Assembly (NCBI GenBank): GCA_963778655.1
Contig: CAVZVA010000012.1
Location: 192,001-256,000 of the forward strand
From: an uncultured delta proteobacterium
GTDB taxonomy: Bacteria; Myxococcota_A; Polyangia; Polyangiales; JAFGIB01
DNA: 64,000 nucleotides
Direction: 5' to 3'
Part shown: one piece after another, positions 11,813-20,640 of the stretch
Layout: each line of letters starts with the position of its first letter
How positions within the stretch are numbered: position 1 is the first letter of the stretch
Made by a program: the position numbers and the translations under genes
Notes under the pieces: model-generated
What the model saw: only the letters and a program-made list of their open reading frames with translations
What the model was told of the DNA's origin: nothing
Database searches by the model: none

Positions 11813-13783
11813 TCAGCCCACGCCATGGGTCTGCAGCTGAACGAATTGCCGGTAGGCCCCGTCCGGCTGGGCCATCAGCGCCCGATGCGTCCCGCGCTCC
11901 ACGATCCGCCCGTCCTGCACGAACAGGATCTGCCCGGCGCCGCGCACTGTCGACAGGCGGTGGGCGATGACCAGCACGATGCGCTCCCGGCTGGCCGCCT
12001 CGAGCGCCTCCACCACCCGCGCTTCCGTCTCCGGGTCGAGCGCGGAGGTGGGCTCGTCGAAGATCATGATCGGCGCGTCGCACACCAGCGCACGCGCGAT
12101 CGACAGCCGCTGCTTCTGTCCCACGCTCAGCTTGCCGCCGGCGCGGCCGAGCCGGGTGTCGAACCCCTGGGGCAGGCTGCGGATGAAGTCGTAGATGCCG
12201 GCCGTGGTCGCGGCGCGCACCAGTTGCTCGTCGCTGGCGCCCGGATTGCCGAGCCGCAGGTTCTCCGCCACCGTGGTGTCGAACAGCGTCGTCTCCTGGA
12301 ATACGAACGCGACCTGCGAGCGCAGCGACGCGCACGCGACCGAGGTGATGTCGTGGCCGTCGATCAGCACACGACCCGAATCGGGGCGCAGGTAGCGCGG
12401 CACCATGTATGCGATGGTCGTCTTGCCTGCGCCCGCTGGCCCCACCAGCGCGGTGAGCTGGCCGCGTCGGGCCTCGAAAGTCACGTCCGACAACACCGGA
12501 TGCTCTGGATCGTAGGCGAAGCTGACGTGCTCGAGCGCGACCGAGTCGCGCGCCCGCGGCAGGGCGACCGCGTGCGGCGGGTCCTGCTCTGAGGGCAGAT
12601 CCATCAGCCAGAAGACGCGGTGCAAGCCCGCCGCGTTCTCCTGCACGTTGAACCAGAGCGCGCCCATGTCGTAGGACGAATAGGCGATCGAGCCGAAGTA
12701 GGGCAGCAGCACGCTGAAGTCACCGACGCTGAGCCTGCCGTCGACGATCTCGTCCCCCACGTAGAGAAACACGCGGCCGACCAGCACCGCCCCGAGCACG
12801 ATTCCCACGCCGATCGTCAGCAGCACGAACGCCATGTAGCGGCGATAAGCCTTGAACGAGGCCGCGCTGTCGCGGTCGAAGCGCCCGTGCTCGCGGCGCT
12901 CGCCGCCCAGGCTCTGAACCGCGGTGATGTTGCTCATGCCCTCTTCCAGCGTGCTGGCCGCGACCGAGCCCGCGCTGCGGCTGTGGCTGGCGCTGCGCCG
13001 CACCAGCCCCGCGAACGGCCAGGTGATCAGCAGCACCATCGGCAGGAAGAGCGTGGCGAGCAGCGCCACCGGCGACGTGATCCCGTAGACGGAGGCCAGC
13101 ACGGCTACCGTCAGCAGCACGTTGAGCGGCGAGGTGATCGGTGTCAGCAGCACGCGCAGGCACACCAGCGTGATCGCCGGCGTGTCGTACATCACGCGGT
13201 AGACGGCGTCACCGATGCGCTCGTCGTCGAAGGTCGTCATTGGCAGCGACTGCACGCGCTCGTAGAGCCGCGAGCGGTAGTGGTGGTTGATCATCTGGCT
13301 CAGGCGCATGGTCCAGCGAAACTCGAACAACCCGAGCAGGCCGCCGACGTAGCTGAAGCCGAAGTTGGCCTGGTTCTCGGTCTGCGTGGCCGTGTCCTGG
13401 CCGGCGCCGAGCTCGGCCTGGGTCAGCGCACGCTCGAAGCCGCTGGTGCCGAACGCGCCGATCACCAGCAGCAGCACCAGCTCGACCACGATCGACGCGA
13501 TCAAGATCACGATCTTGTCGGAGTGCGCCAGGGCGTGCACGAACGGCGCGACGAAGAACGGGTAGGGCCGTGCCTCCTGGCCGATCGCCACGTCGCCGAG
13601 CACGTGGTCGGTCACGATCTTGATCGGCCATGGCAACAGCAGTTGCGGCAGCAGGCTGGCGGTCAGCAGGCCGGCCTTGATCGCGAAGTCGCGCTTGAAT
13701 GGCGCGACGTAGCCGAGCGCCCGGATGACCACCGAAAACGCGGAGGCGGTCCCCGGCGCCACGTTCTCGGCCCGGGCGTTCAT
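11813..13783 (-). CDS. ABC exporter, fused TMD + NBD (subunit B of a probable heterodimer)
   Basis: TM helices; Walker A GPAGAGKTT; signature LSVGQ; Walker B IFDEPT; IAHRLS; ATGA overlap with the upstream gene. Confidence 0.92.
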   Translation of the reverse strand: MNARAENVAPGTASAFSVVIRALGYVAPFKRDFAIKAGLLTASLLPQLLLPWPIKIVTDHVLGDVAIGQEARPYPFFVAPFVHALAHSDKIVILIASIVVELVLLLVIGAFGTSGFERALTQAELGAGQDTATQTENQANFGFSYVGGLLGLFEFRWTMRLSQMINHHYRSRLYERVQSLPMTTFDDERIGDAVYRVMYDTPAITLVCLRVLLTPITSPLNVLLTVAVLASVYGITSPVALLATLFLPMVLLITWPFAGLVRRSASHSRSAGSVAASTLEEGMSNITAVQSLGGERREHGRFDRDSAASFKAYRRYMAFVLLTIGVGIVLGAVLVGRVFLYVGDEIVDGRLSVGDFSVLLPYFGSIAYSSYDMGALWFNVQENAAGLHRVFWLMDLPSEQDPPHAVALPRARDSVALEHVSFAYDPEHPVLSDVTFEARRGQLTALVGPAGAGKTTIAYMVPRYLRPDSGRVLIDGHDITSVACASLRSQVAFVFQETTLFDTTVAENLRLGNPGASDEQLVRAATTAGIYDFIRSLPQGFDTRLGRAGGKLSVGQKQRLSIARALVCDAPIMIFDEPTSALDPETEARVVEALEAASRERIVLVIAHRLSTVRGAGQILFVQDGRIVERGTHRALMAQPDGAYRQFVQLQTHGVG

Positions 13784-15735
13784 GGGGCCACCGCCCGGGC
13801 CTGCACGCCCGCCGCGGCCTCTTCGCCCTCGACCAGGCGCCGGTAGGAGCCGCCCGCGCGTGCCATCAACGCCTCGTGGGTGCCGTGCTCGAGCAGGCGG
13901 CCGTCTTGCAGGAAGGCCACCTGATCGGCCCTGCGGATGGTCGAAAGCCGGTGCGTGATCAGAAACAGCGCACGGCCCTTGCCCCACTGCGCGAGGTTGT
14001 CGAGCACGCGCAGCTCGGTGCGCGCGTCGAGCGACGCGGTCGGCTCGTCGAGGATCAAGATCGGGGTGTCCTTGAGCACGGCGCGCGCGATCGACAGCCG
14101 CTGGCGCTGGCCGCTCGAGAGCTTCTGACCGCGCTCGCCGAGCAGTGTGTCGTAGCCATCGGGCAGCTTTTCGATGAACTCGTCCGCGCCCGCCACGCGC
14201 GCCGCTTCGCGCACCTGCTCATCGCTGGCGTCCGGCACCGCGTAGCGGATGTTGTCGCGAATCGTGGTGCCGAACAGCAGGTTCTCCTGCAGGGCGATCG
14301 CGATGTTGGCGCGCAAGCTGTTGAGCTTGAGCTGGCGCAGGTCGACGTCGTCGATGCGGATCGCGCCCGCGGCGGGGTCGTACAGGCGCAGCAGCAGCGC
14401 CATCAAAGTGCTCTTGCCGGAACCGGTCGGGCCCACGATCGCCGTGATCGTGCCGGGCTCGGCGCGCAGGCTCACGTCCTGCAGCGTCGGCCGCGAGTCG
14501 TCGTAGGCGAAGCCGACGTGGTCGAATTCGATCGCTTGCGCGAAGCGCTGCATCTCGACCGCATCCGCGGCATCCTTGACCTCGGGCTCGAGGTCGAGCA
14601 GCTCGAACACCCGGTCGAGCCCGATCGCGATGTCCTGCACGCGGCCCCACAGCTCGAACAGCGAGACTGAGGCCAGCATGCCGTCGCCGATCCGGCCCTT
14701 GAAAGCGTTCCACAGCCCGAGGTTCCACACGCTGAAGCCCAGGAACATCAGGATGCCCTTGGCGTACGGGGTCTTGCCGTGCAGCGTCAACACGGCGGCG
14801 AAGCCGGTGGCGACAATCACCAGCGTGCCGAACGACCAGAAGGCGAGCTGGCGATAGAACACGTAGCGATCGCGCGCGGCATAGGCGTGCGCGAAAGCCG
14901 TCTGGGACGCGGCCTCGAAACGCTTCTGCTCGGCGGGCTCGGCGCCATAGGCTTTGATCACCCGGATCCCCTGCAGGCTGGCCTGGATCAGCGAGGTCAG
15001 CGCGCTGTTGTGCTCGCGCGCCGAGCGGAAACCGACGCGCATGGGGCGCGAGAAGCGGTAGCCGATGAAGAGCATGATCGGCCAGCCCAGCGCGAGCGCA
15101 CCGGCCAGGCGCGGGTCGTCCATGAACACCAGCGCGAGCGAGAGCACGAAGCGGCCGCCGGCCTGCAAGGGCATCAACACCAGCACGTCGATCAGCTGGG
15201 TGACCATCGCGCTGTCCTGGTGCATGCGGTAGATGGCGTCGCCAACCGAGCTGCCGGCGTGGTAGCGCAGCGAGAGCGCCTGCAGCCGGTCGAGCAGCCG
15301 TAGCCGCAGCGACTGGTTGATGCGCTGCAGGATCCACATCCGGTAGTAGTAGAGGCTGAGGAAGCCGGCCGCGCCGATCAGCGCGATCACGACGGTGGTG
15401 CCCACCAGGGCGCGCAGCGCTGCCTTGCGCGCCGCGGCGTTCCAGGGATCGACCAGGTGCAGGTGGAACAGCGCGACGTCGGCCGAGCCCGGCGCCGTGC
15501 CCTTGAGCACGCCGTTCCAGAACATGCCCAGGATGTGAAAGGTCGGATAGATCAACGCGATCGCCAGGACCGCGGCGGCGACCACGATCGCGACCAGGTG
15601 CCAGGCCTCGTCGCGCAGCAGCGAGGTGCAGCGCAGCAGCACCTGAACCACCAGCTTGAAGTGCAGCCGATCCCCGGTCCCACCTGCACCCAGGCGCTTG
15701 AGCTGGTCCTGGGCGGTTTCCGCCGACTGCGTCAT
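13780..15735 (-). CDS. ABC exporter, fused TMD + NBD (subunit A)
   Basis: TM helices; GPTGSGKST; LSSGQ; ILILDEPT; ITHRLS. Confidence 0.93.
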   Translation of the reverse strand: MTQSAETAQDQLKRLGAGGTGDRLHFKLVVQVLLRCTSLLRDEAWHLVAIVVAAAVLAIALIYPTFHILGMFWNGVLKGTAPGSADVALFHLHLVDPWNAAARKAALRALVGTTVVIALIGAAGFLSLYYYRMWILQRINQSLRLRLLDRLQALSLRYHAGSSVGDAIYRMHQDSAMVTQLIDVLVLMPLQAGGRFVLSLALVFMDDPRLAGALALGWPIMLFIGYRFSRPMRVGFRSAREHNSALTSLIQASLQGIRVIKAYGAEPAEQKRFEAASQTAFAHAYAARDRYVFYRQLAFWSFGTLVIVATGFAAVLTLHGKTPYAKGILMFLGFSVWNLGLWNAFKGRIGDGMLASVSLFELWGRVQDIAIGLDRVFELLDLEPEVKDAADAVEMQRFAQAIEFDHVGFAYDDSRPTLQDVSLRAEPGTITAIVGPTGSGKSTLMALLLRLYDPAAGAIRIDDVDLRQLKLNSLRANIAIALQENLLFGTTIRDNIRYAVPDASDEQVREAARVAGADEFIEKLPDGYDTLLGERGQKLSSGQRQRLSIARAVLKDTPILILDEPTASLDARTELRVLDNLAQWGKGRALFLITHRLSTIRRADQVAFLQDGRLLEHGTHEALMARAGGSYRRLVEGEEAAAGVQARAVAP

Positions 15736-15872
15736 GCTGGCCTTCCCATATAGTCAAGACCCGGGGTCAGCGGAAGAGCGAACACGCGTGCAGGTTTGAA
15801 GAATATGAAAAAAGCGTAGCGGCGGCCCGTGAATCGAGCAGCCAGCGCCCGCGAGCCGGTGAACGGGCGTGC

Positions 15873-17198
15873 TCAGTGGCGGGAACGCCTCGGCGCTTCG
15901 GCACGCGCCAGCGAGCGCAGCGGGAAGTGCACTACCACGTCGAGCGGCGCTTGCGGCGCCCAATCGCTCGAGCCTTTGTCGTCACGCCGGTCCTCGCCGA
16001 CCGACCAGATGGTCAGCTCGCCGCCGTCTTGGGCGATGCGCCACTTCAGCGGCTGACCGTTGTAGGGGTCGCACAGCGTCGGCTCGTTCAAGCTCAAGGG
16101 CTCGCGCGGCGTGCGTTGTCTGCGCGCTCGCTCGGCCAGCGTGGCCAGGCCTACGGTCAGCACCCGCAGCAGCGCCTGGCCGCGCATGTCGTCGTAGAGC
16201 CAGCCCTGCACCGGTGCGGTCGCGTCGGCGACCAGCGGCAGGCCCGAGAGGTTGCGCCACTCGTTTTCGCGCAGCCACGTCTCGAGCGACTGCGGGTAGT
16301 GCGCCGCGCCCAGCGCGCGCCACCTGGCCGGATTGGCGAAGTGCGACCAGGCCTCGAACAGAGCCGGGCGCCGGCGCAGCCGCCGCAGCGCCGAATCGCT
16401 GCTGTCCTTGGGAAACAGCACGGCCAGGTCGCGCAGCTCCACCGCCGCCAGCAGGTCGGCGAGCTCGATCCCGCCGCCGGCGGATGGCGCGTGCGTGGCC
16501 AGCGTGTCGAGCTCACGCGCCGCGCGCAGCACCGCGTCGGCGTCGCCCGCAGCCGCGCAGCGCGTGATCACGGGCGTGGCCACGCTGGTGATGCGCATCG
16601 AGATGCTGGCGGCCTCCAGCGGCGCGCCCGGCACCAGGTCCTGCCCAAGTCGGATCGCGTCCGCCGCGATAGCCATGCACTCCTGCGGCCCCGAGCCCGC
16701 CGCGCGCCCCAGCATCAGCAGGACTGCATCCATCACTTTCGGATAGGCCGGCACGCGCGCCGCGGGGCCCTGCTCGGCCGGCACCTCAGTCATCGCCCAG
16801 CTCAGTCGCGTCGCGGCCCGGAGCCCGTCGATCAGCACGGCGTGCTGCTGCACCAGCGTTTGCAGCTGCGCTGGCAGCGGCTGGCCGTAGAACAGCTGGC
16901 TGGCGAGCGCGTCGCGCTGTTTCCCGTCCAGGCCGTCGAATCCCCGCAACGCCACCAGCGCGGCGACCGCGGCGTTGCCCTCGCCGGCAGCCCCGCGCAG
17001 CACCGGGCGCTCCCAGCGCTGCCGCTTGTAGGTCGCGATCTGCGCGTCGAGCGCCTCGCTCATACGGCGGAAACGCAGCTCGGAGTAGCCGGCGAATCCG
17101 CCCACGATCAGCAGCAGGAGCAGGGTCAGGGTCGCGAGCTTGCTTGCGATGGGGATCTTCCTCCGCCGGCGGGGGCGGCGTGCGGCCGCCCGAAGCAA
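15873..17198 (-). CDS. Hypothetical single-pass membrane protein, mostly helical, with a GspG-like C-terminal motif
   Basis: Basic N-terminus then a hydrophobic segment (LATLTLLLLLIVGGFAGY); C-terminal DPYNGQPL...WSVGED. Start uncertain (TTG at 17198). Confidence 0.7.
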   Translation of the reverse strand: MLRAAARRPRRRRKIPIASKLATLTLLLLLIVGGFAGYSELRFRRMSEALDAQIATYKRQRWERPVLRGAAGEGNAAVAALVALRGFDGLDGKQRDALASQLFYGQPLPAQLQTLVQQHAVLIDGLRAATRLSWAMTEVPAEQGPAARVPAYPKVMDAVLLMLGRAAGSGPQECMAIAADAIRLGQDLVPGAPLEAASISMRITSVATPVITRCAAAGDADAVLRAARELDTLATHAPSAGGGIELADLLAAVELRDLAVLFPKDSSDSALRRLRRRPALFEAWSHFANPARWRALGAAHYPQSLETWLRENEWRNLSGLPLVADATAPVQGWLYDDMRGQALLRVLTVGLATLAERARRQRTPREPLSLNEPTLCDPYNGQPLKWRIAQDGGELTIWSVGEDRRDDKGSSDWAPQAPLDVVVHFPLRSLARAEAPRRSRH

Positions 17199-17456
17199 TG
17201 ATCTCCCAAAGCGGCCCCCGGGGGCAAATCCGCCTTCGGGGCGCGGCGCTGCGCCAGCAGCCCGAGCGCGCTCGGCGAAGCTCGCGCAGCGCGACGCCCG
17301 CGCCCCGCGGCGCGGCCGGCGCAGCCGCCGCCGGGGGGATGCACGGGGCTGCGAAACGTTGTATGGAGAGCGCCGCCGCGGCGGGCCGCGGGCCCCGAGC
17401 GCGCGGCTCCTCCGGGCGTGGCCGCGGCAACGCCAACAAGCCCTGAGGGACCGATC

Positions 17457-18620
17457 ATGAGCAAGACACGCGCGTATGCGATCACAGCGGACGCGGTGGC
17501 GCGCGAAGCCGAGCGCGCCGGGGGCGACTACGACAAGGTCGACGTCGCCAAGATCATCAAGCTCGACGAGCTCGAGCTGCGGGCGCTCGGCCCCCGCGAC
17601 GTCAAGCTGAAGATCCTGGCGGCGTCGGCCGAGCACAACGTGGGCCACGCCGCGCTCGCCGACACCGTGAACATCACCGCCGCGCGCGGCGGCAAGATCT
17701 ACCCCGGCAACAGCGCGGTGGGCGAGGTGATGGAGGTCGGCCCCGAGGTCACGCGCTTCAAGCAGGGCGACATCGTGCTCACCCACTGCAACGGCGAGCC
17801 TGACGCCTACGGCTACCCGCTGCGCATCTGGGGCTACGACATGCCGGACTCGATCGGCTGGTACTCGGAGGCCGCGGTGGTGGGCGACTGGCAGCTGGTG
17901 CAGGCTCCGCTCGACTGCGGCCTGAGCCTGTGGGAAATCGCGGCGCTGCCGCTGCGCGCGCCCACCGCCTATCACCTGTGGCGGCGCGCGATCGGCATCT
18001 TCCGGGTCAAGGTGCCGCGCGAGCAACGCGCGGTGGTCAACGCGATGAGCTTCGGCGGTGGCGTGGGCGAGCTGTTCCTGATGCTGGCCAAGGCCGAAGG
18101 CCACAACGCGTACTTCTGCTCGGGCAGCCCCGAGCGTCGTGCGGCGCTCGAGAAGCTGGGCATCACCGGCATCGACCAGAAGGCGTTCAATCGCTTCAAG
18201 GGCAAGGACGACATCAAGGCGTTCAACAAGGAGTGCAAGCGCCTGACCAACGACGAGGGCATGCACCTGGTGTGCGACATGCTGCGCGGGCCCGTGTTCG
18301 ACGCTGGACTGGCGGTGGCCGCGCGCTGCGGGGTCAACCTGAGCGCGGGCTGGCAGCTCTCTCAGGTGGTCACCTACAACTCGACGCTGATGTCGGTGAA
18401 GCAGGTGACGATCGATCACACCCATTACGAGACGATCACCGGCGTCGCCGCGGCCACGGAGCTGTACGGCAAGGTCTTCAAACCCACCGTGCACAAGGAG
18501 GTCTACGCGTTCGAAGACCTGCCGCGCTGCATGGCGGAGATGGTCAAGAACGTGCAGACCGGCATCCCGATCATCCGCATTGCCCGCGAGCTCCCGGCCA
18601 AGGTCGCTGGGATCGTCTGA
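17457..18620 (+). CDS. Medium-chain dehydrogenase/reductase (GroES-like + Rossmann) family oxidoreductase
   Basis: PRDVKLKI, PGNSAVGEVMEVGPEVTRFKQGD and SFGGGVG motifs; strongly coding-like codon usage. Confidence 0.8.
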   Translation: MSKTRAYAITADAVAREAERAGGDYDKVDVAKIIKLDELELRALGPRDVKLKILAASAEHNVGHAALADTVNITAARGGKIYPGNSAVGEVMEVGPEVTRFKQGDIVLTHCNGEPDAYGYPLRIWGYDMPDSIGWYSEAAVVGDWQLVQAPLDCGLSLWEIAALPLRAPTAYHLWRRAIGIFRVKVPREQRAVVNAMSFGGGVGELFLMLAKAEGHNAYFCSGSPERRAALEKLGITGIDQKAFNRFKGKDDIKAFNKECKRLTNDEGMHLVCDMLRGPVFDAGLAVAARCGVNLSAGWQLSQVVTYNSTLMSVKQVTIDHTHYETITGVAAATELYGKVFKPTVHKEVYAFEDLPRCMAEMVKNVQTGIPIIRIARELPAKVAGIV

Positions 18621-18626
18621 GAATAC

Positions 18627-18690
18627 GAACAGGAAGACGAGAGGACGGGAAGCTCGGAGAGCTCGTCTCCTCCCGCCTCGCTGTGAAATC
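18627..18690. repeat. REP-like palindrome, family D
   Basis: ACAGGAAGACGAGAGGACGGGAAG...CTCCTCCCGCCTCGCTGT. Confidence 0.55.
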
Positions 18691-18719
18691 TCTGGATCCG
18701 AGCGCTCCGGCCTGGCCGG

Positions 18720-18911
18720 CTAAATGACCGATCACGATTCGGGAACGGCCATGCCGATCGGTCATGTAGCGGTGCGGCGGATGCCGCACCACCGCGAGAG
18801 GGTGAATGCGCGAGGCTTTGCCTCGCGCACAGGGAGTCGGCGCGACTCCCTGACAATCAAACGAGAAATCAAGGTTTGTGATTCGCGCCCGAATCGCGAA
18901 CGCTGATTTAG
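18720..18911. mobile_element. 192-bp MITE-like element, family A, copy 2
   Basis: CTAAATGACCGATC...GATTTAG; homologous to 4458-4649 and 40535-40726. Confidence 0.85.
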
Positions 18912-18938
18912 AGCACCTCAGCCTGATCGGTGCTCTAG
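18909..18938. repeat. Minimal family-B remnant (TIR tips only)
   Basis: TAGAGCACC-N11-GGTGCTCTAG, the same ends as the 171-bp family-B elements. Confidence 0.55.
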
Positions 18939-20020
18939 TCTTGCGCAGCGCGGCTGCGGCGGCGGAGCTGGACGTTGCCGAGCTGGCCGCATGCGGCCAT
19001 CACGCTGCGGCCCTTGGTCACGCGCCTGCGCACCGGCAGCCCCTCCTCGCGCAGCCAGCCGATGAAGCGGTCGACCTCGTCGTCGCTCGGCGCGCGCGTC
19101 AGCGGTGCGCTGCCGGGATTGTAGGGGATCACGTGCACCATCACGCGCCCCAGCGGCGCGCAGAAGCGCGCGATGCCCGCAGCGTGCTCGCGCGCGTCGT
19201 TGAGGCCCGGCAGCAGACAGTAGTGGACGCCGAGCGCGAAGTTGCGGCGCGGCCGGTACCGCAGCAGCGCGGCCTGCAGCGCGGCCAGGGAGGTCTTGCG
19301 CGCGACCGGCATCAGCTCGGCGCGCAGCCCATCCTCGGGAGCGTTGAGACTGACGCTGAGATTGAGGCGCTTGAAGCCCTGCGCCGCCAGGCGTGCGATG
19401 GCATCGGCGCGTCCGACCGTGCACACGGTGATGCGCTCCTGTCCGATCGCCAGGCCCGCCGGATCGGTCAGCACCCGCAGGGCTTGCACCACCGCATCGA
19501 AATTGTCGAGCGCCTCGCCCATGCCCATGAACACCAGATTCCGCACCGGCCAGCCGAGCACGTGCCGCGCGAGCAGTAGCTGGCTGACGATCTCCGCGGC
19601 CGTCAGGTTGCGCAGCAGCCCCATGCGGCCGGTCTCGCAGAAGCCGCAGCCCATTTTGCAGCCGACCTGGCTCGAGATGCAGAGCGTGGTGCGGTCGCGC
19701 CCCATCGGCAGCAGCACGCATTCGCACTCGAGCCCGTCGCGCAGGCGCAGCACGGCTTTGGCGGTCAGGCCGGCCGAGGTCGGCTCCCGTGCGACCCGCA
19801 GCAGCTCCGGCAGGGTGAGGCAAAAGCAGCGCCGCCAGGCTGCGGCACGCTCCGCGGCCAGGCCGTGTCGCTCGGGGTCGAAGCGTGCATGCCGCAGCGC
19901 CTCGCGATAGATCGCGGCTGCCACGCCGTGCCCACGCGGCAAGCGCGCGCGCGCGAGCGTGCCGAGCTCGGCCCCGGTCACCCCGGCCAGGTCCACCGGC
20001 AGCTCATCGGGCGCGCTCAT
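18935..20020 (-). CDS. rlmN: RlmN/Cfr-family radical SAM RNA methyltransferase
   Basis: CISSQVGCKMGCGFCETG (CxxxCxxC), RNLTAAEI, FMGMGE, IPYNP, AACGQL. Confidence 0.82.
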   Translation of the reverse strand: MSAPDELPVDLAGVTGAELGTLARARLPRGHGVAAAIYREALRHARFDPERHGLAAERAAAWRRCFCLTLPELLRVAREPTSAGLTAKAVLRLRDGLECECVLLPMGRDRTTLCISSQVGCKMGCGFCETGRMGLLRNLTAAEIVSQLLLARHVLGWPVRNLVFMGMGEALDNFDAVVQALRVLTDPAGLAIGQERITVCTVGRADAIARLAAQGFKRLNLSVSLNAPEDGLRAELMPVARKTSLAALQAALLRYRPRRNFALGVHYCLLPGLNDAREHAAGIARFCAPLGRVMVHVIPYNPGSAPLTRAPSDDEVDRFIGWLREEGLPVRRRVTKGRSVMAACGQLGNVQLRRRSRAAQD

Positions 20021-20027
20021 GGCCGGT

Positions 20028-20059
20028 TAGTCCCCTGGAACCTGTTTCCAGGGGACTAG
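20028..20059. repeat. Perfect 13-bp-stem hairpin with TAG/CTAG ends
   Basis: TAGTCCCCTGGAA-CCTGT-TTCCAGGGGACTA, immediately upstream of the rlmN-like start. Confidence 0.5.
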
Positions 20060-20125
20060 CCTGACCGAGCATCGAGGCCCGCGCCAGAGCACGAGGGGCC
20101 GTCGCTGGTTTTGGCCGCCGTCACG

Positions 20126-20476
20126 CTACCCGCCCTTGCGCTCGCCGCCCTCGTCCGGCTCCTGCTGCGCCAGGTGCTTGACGAACTTCTCGTACGCGTC
20201 CTCGCCCTTGTCGAAGCCGACGATGCGCAGGCCGAGCCCGGTCTGCTCGCCTGCCTTGGCCTCGCCGCACCACATCACTTCCATCTTCAGCTCGATCGAG
20301 CCCTCGTCACCCTCGAATGCGACCTTGAGCTGCTCGCCGATCTCGTGCTGGCCCTCGGCGACGATGAACATCCCGCTCTTGCTCATGTTGCGGGCTTCAG
20401 CCATGGCGCCCTGGCCCTCGCACCAGAGCCTTTGGTTGCTCTCGAATCGCGGATCGCGCCGTTTGTCGCTGCTCAT
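20126..20476 (-). CDS. Stand-alone PilZ-domain protein
   Basis: RRDPR (RxxxR) and NMSKSG (D/NxSxxG) c-di-GMP-binding motifs; EVMW...GLGLR. Confidence 0.85.
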   Translation of the reverse strand: MSSDKRRDPRFESNQRLWCEGQGAMAEARNMSKSGMFIVAEGQHEIGEQLKVAFEGDEGSIELKMEVMWCGEAKAGEQTGLGLRIVGFDKGEDAYEKFVKHLAQQEPDEGGERKGG

Positions 20477-20640
20477 GGTGTCCGTTTGCGGTGAGTGTGG
20501 GTGTAGGCGTGTAGTGTAGGCTCAACTTGCAGGGCCACCCCAAAATTCTAGCACAGCCCCGTGCATCGGCGACCGATTCGCGCGCGCCGGGTGAAAGTGA
20601 CACCCTGGCAGCGATTGCGTAAGCTGGACCCCCAGACGGA

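Noticed and set aside
17148..17164. Non-canonical ATC start (GGAGG-N9-ATC GCA AGC) for the 15873-17198 gene
   Set aside because: An in-frame TTG at 17198 with an upstream GGGAG gives an ordinary start; cannot be resolved from sequence.
18724..18906. 60-aa ORF (MTDHDSGTAMPIGH...) open in all three family-A copies
   Set aside because: Many differences between copies change the amino acid, and there is no RBS. Openness is expected in GC-rich palindromic DNA. Ribo-seq would be needed to revive it.
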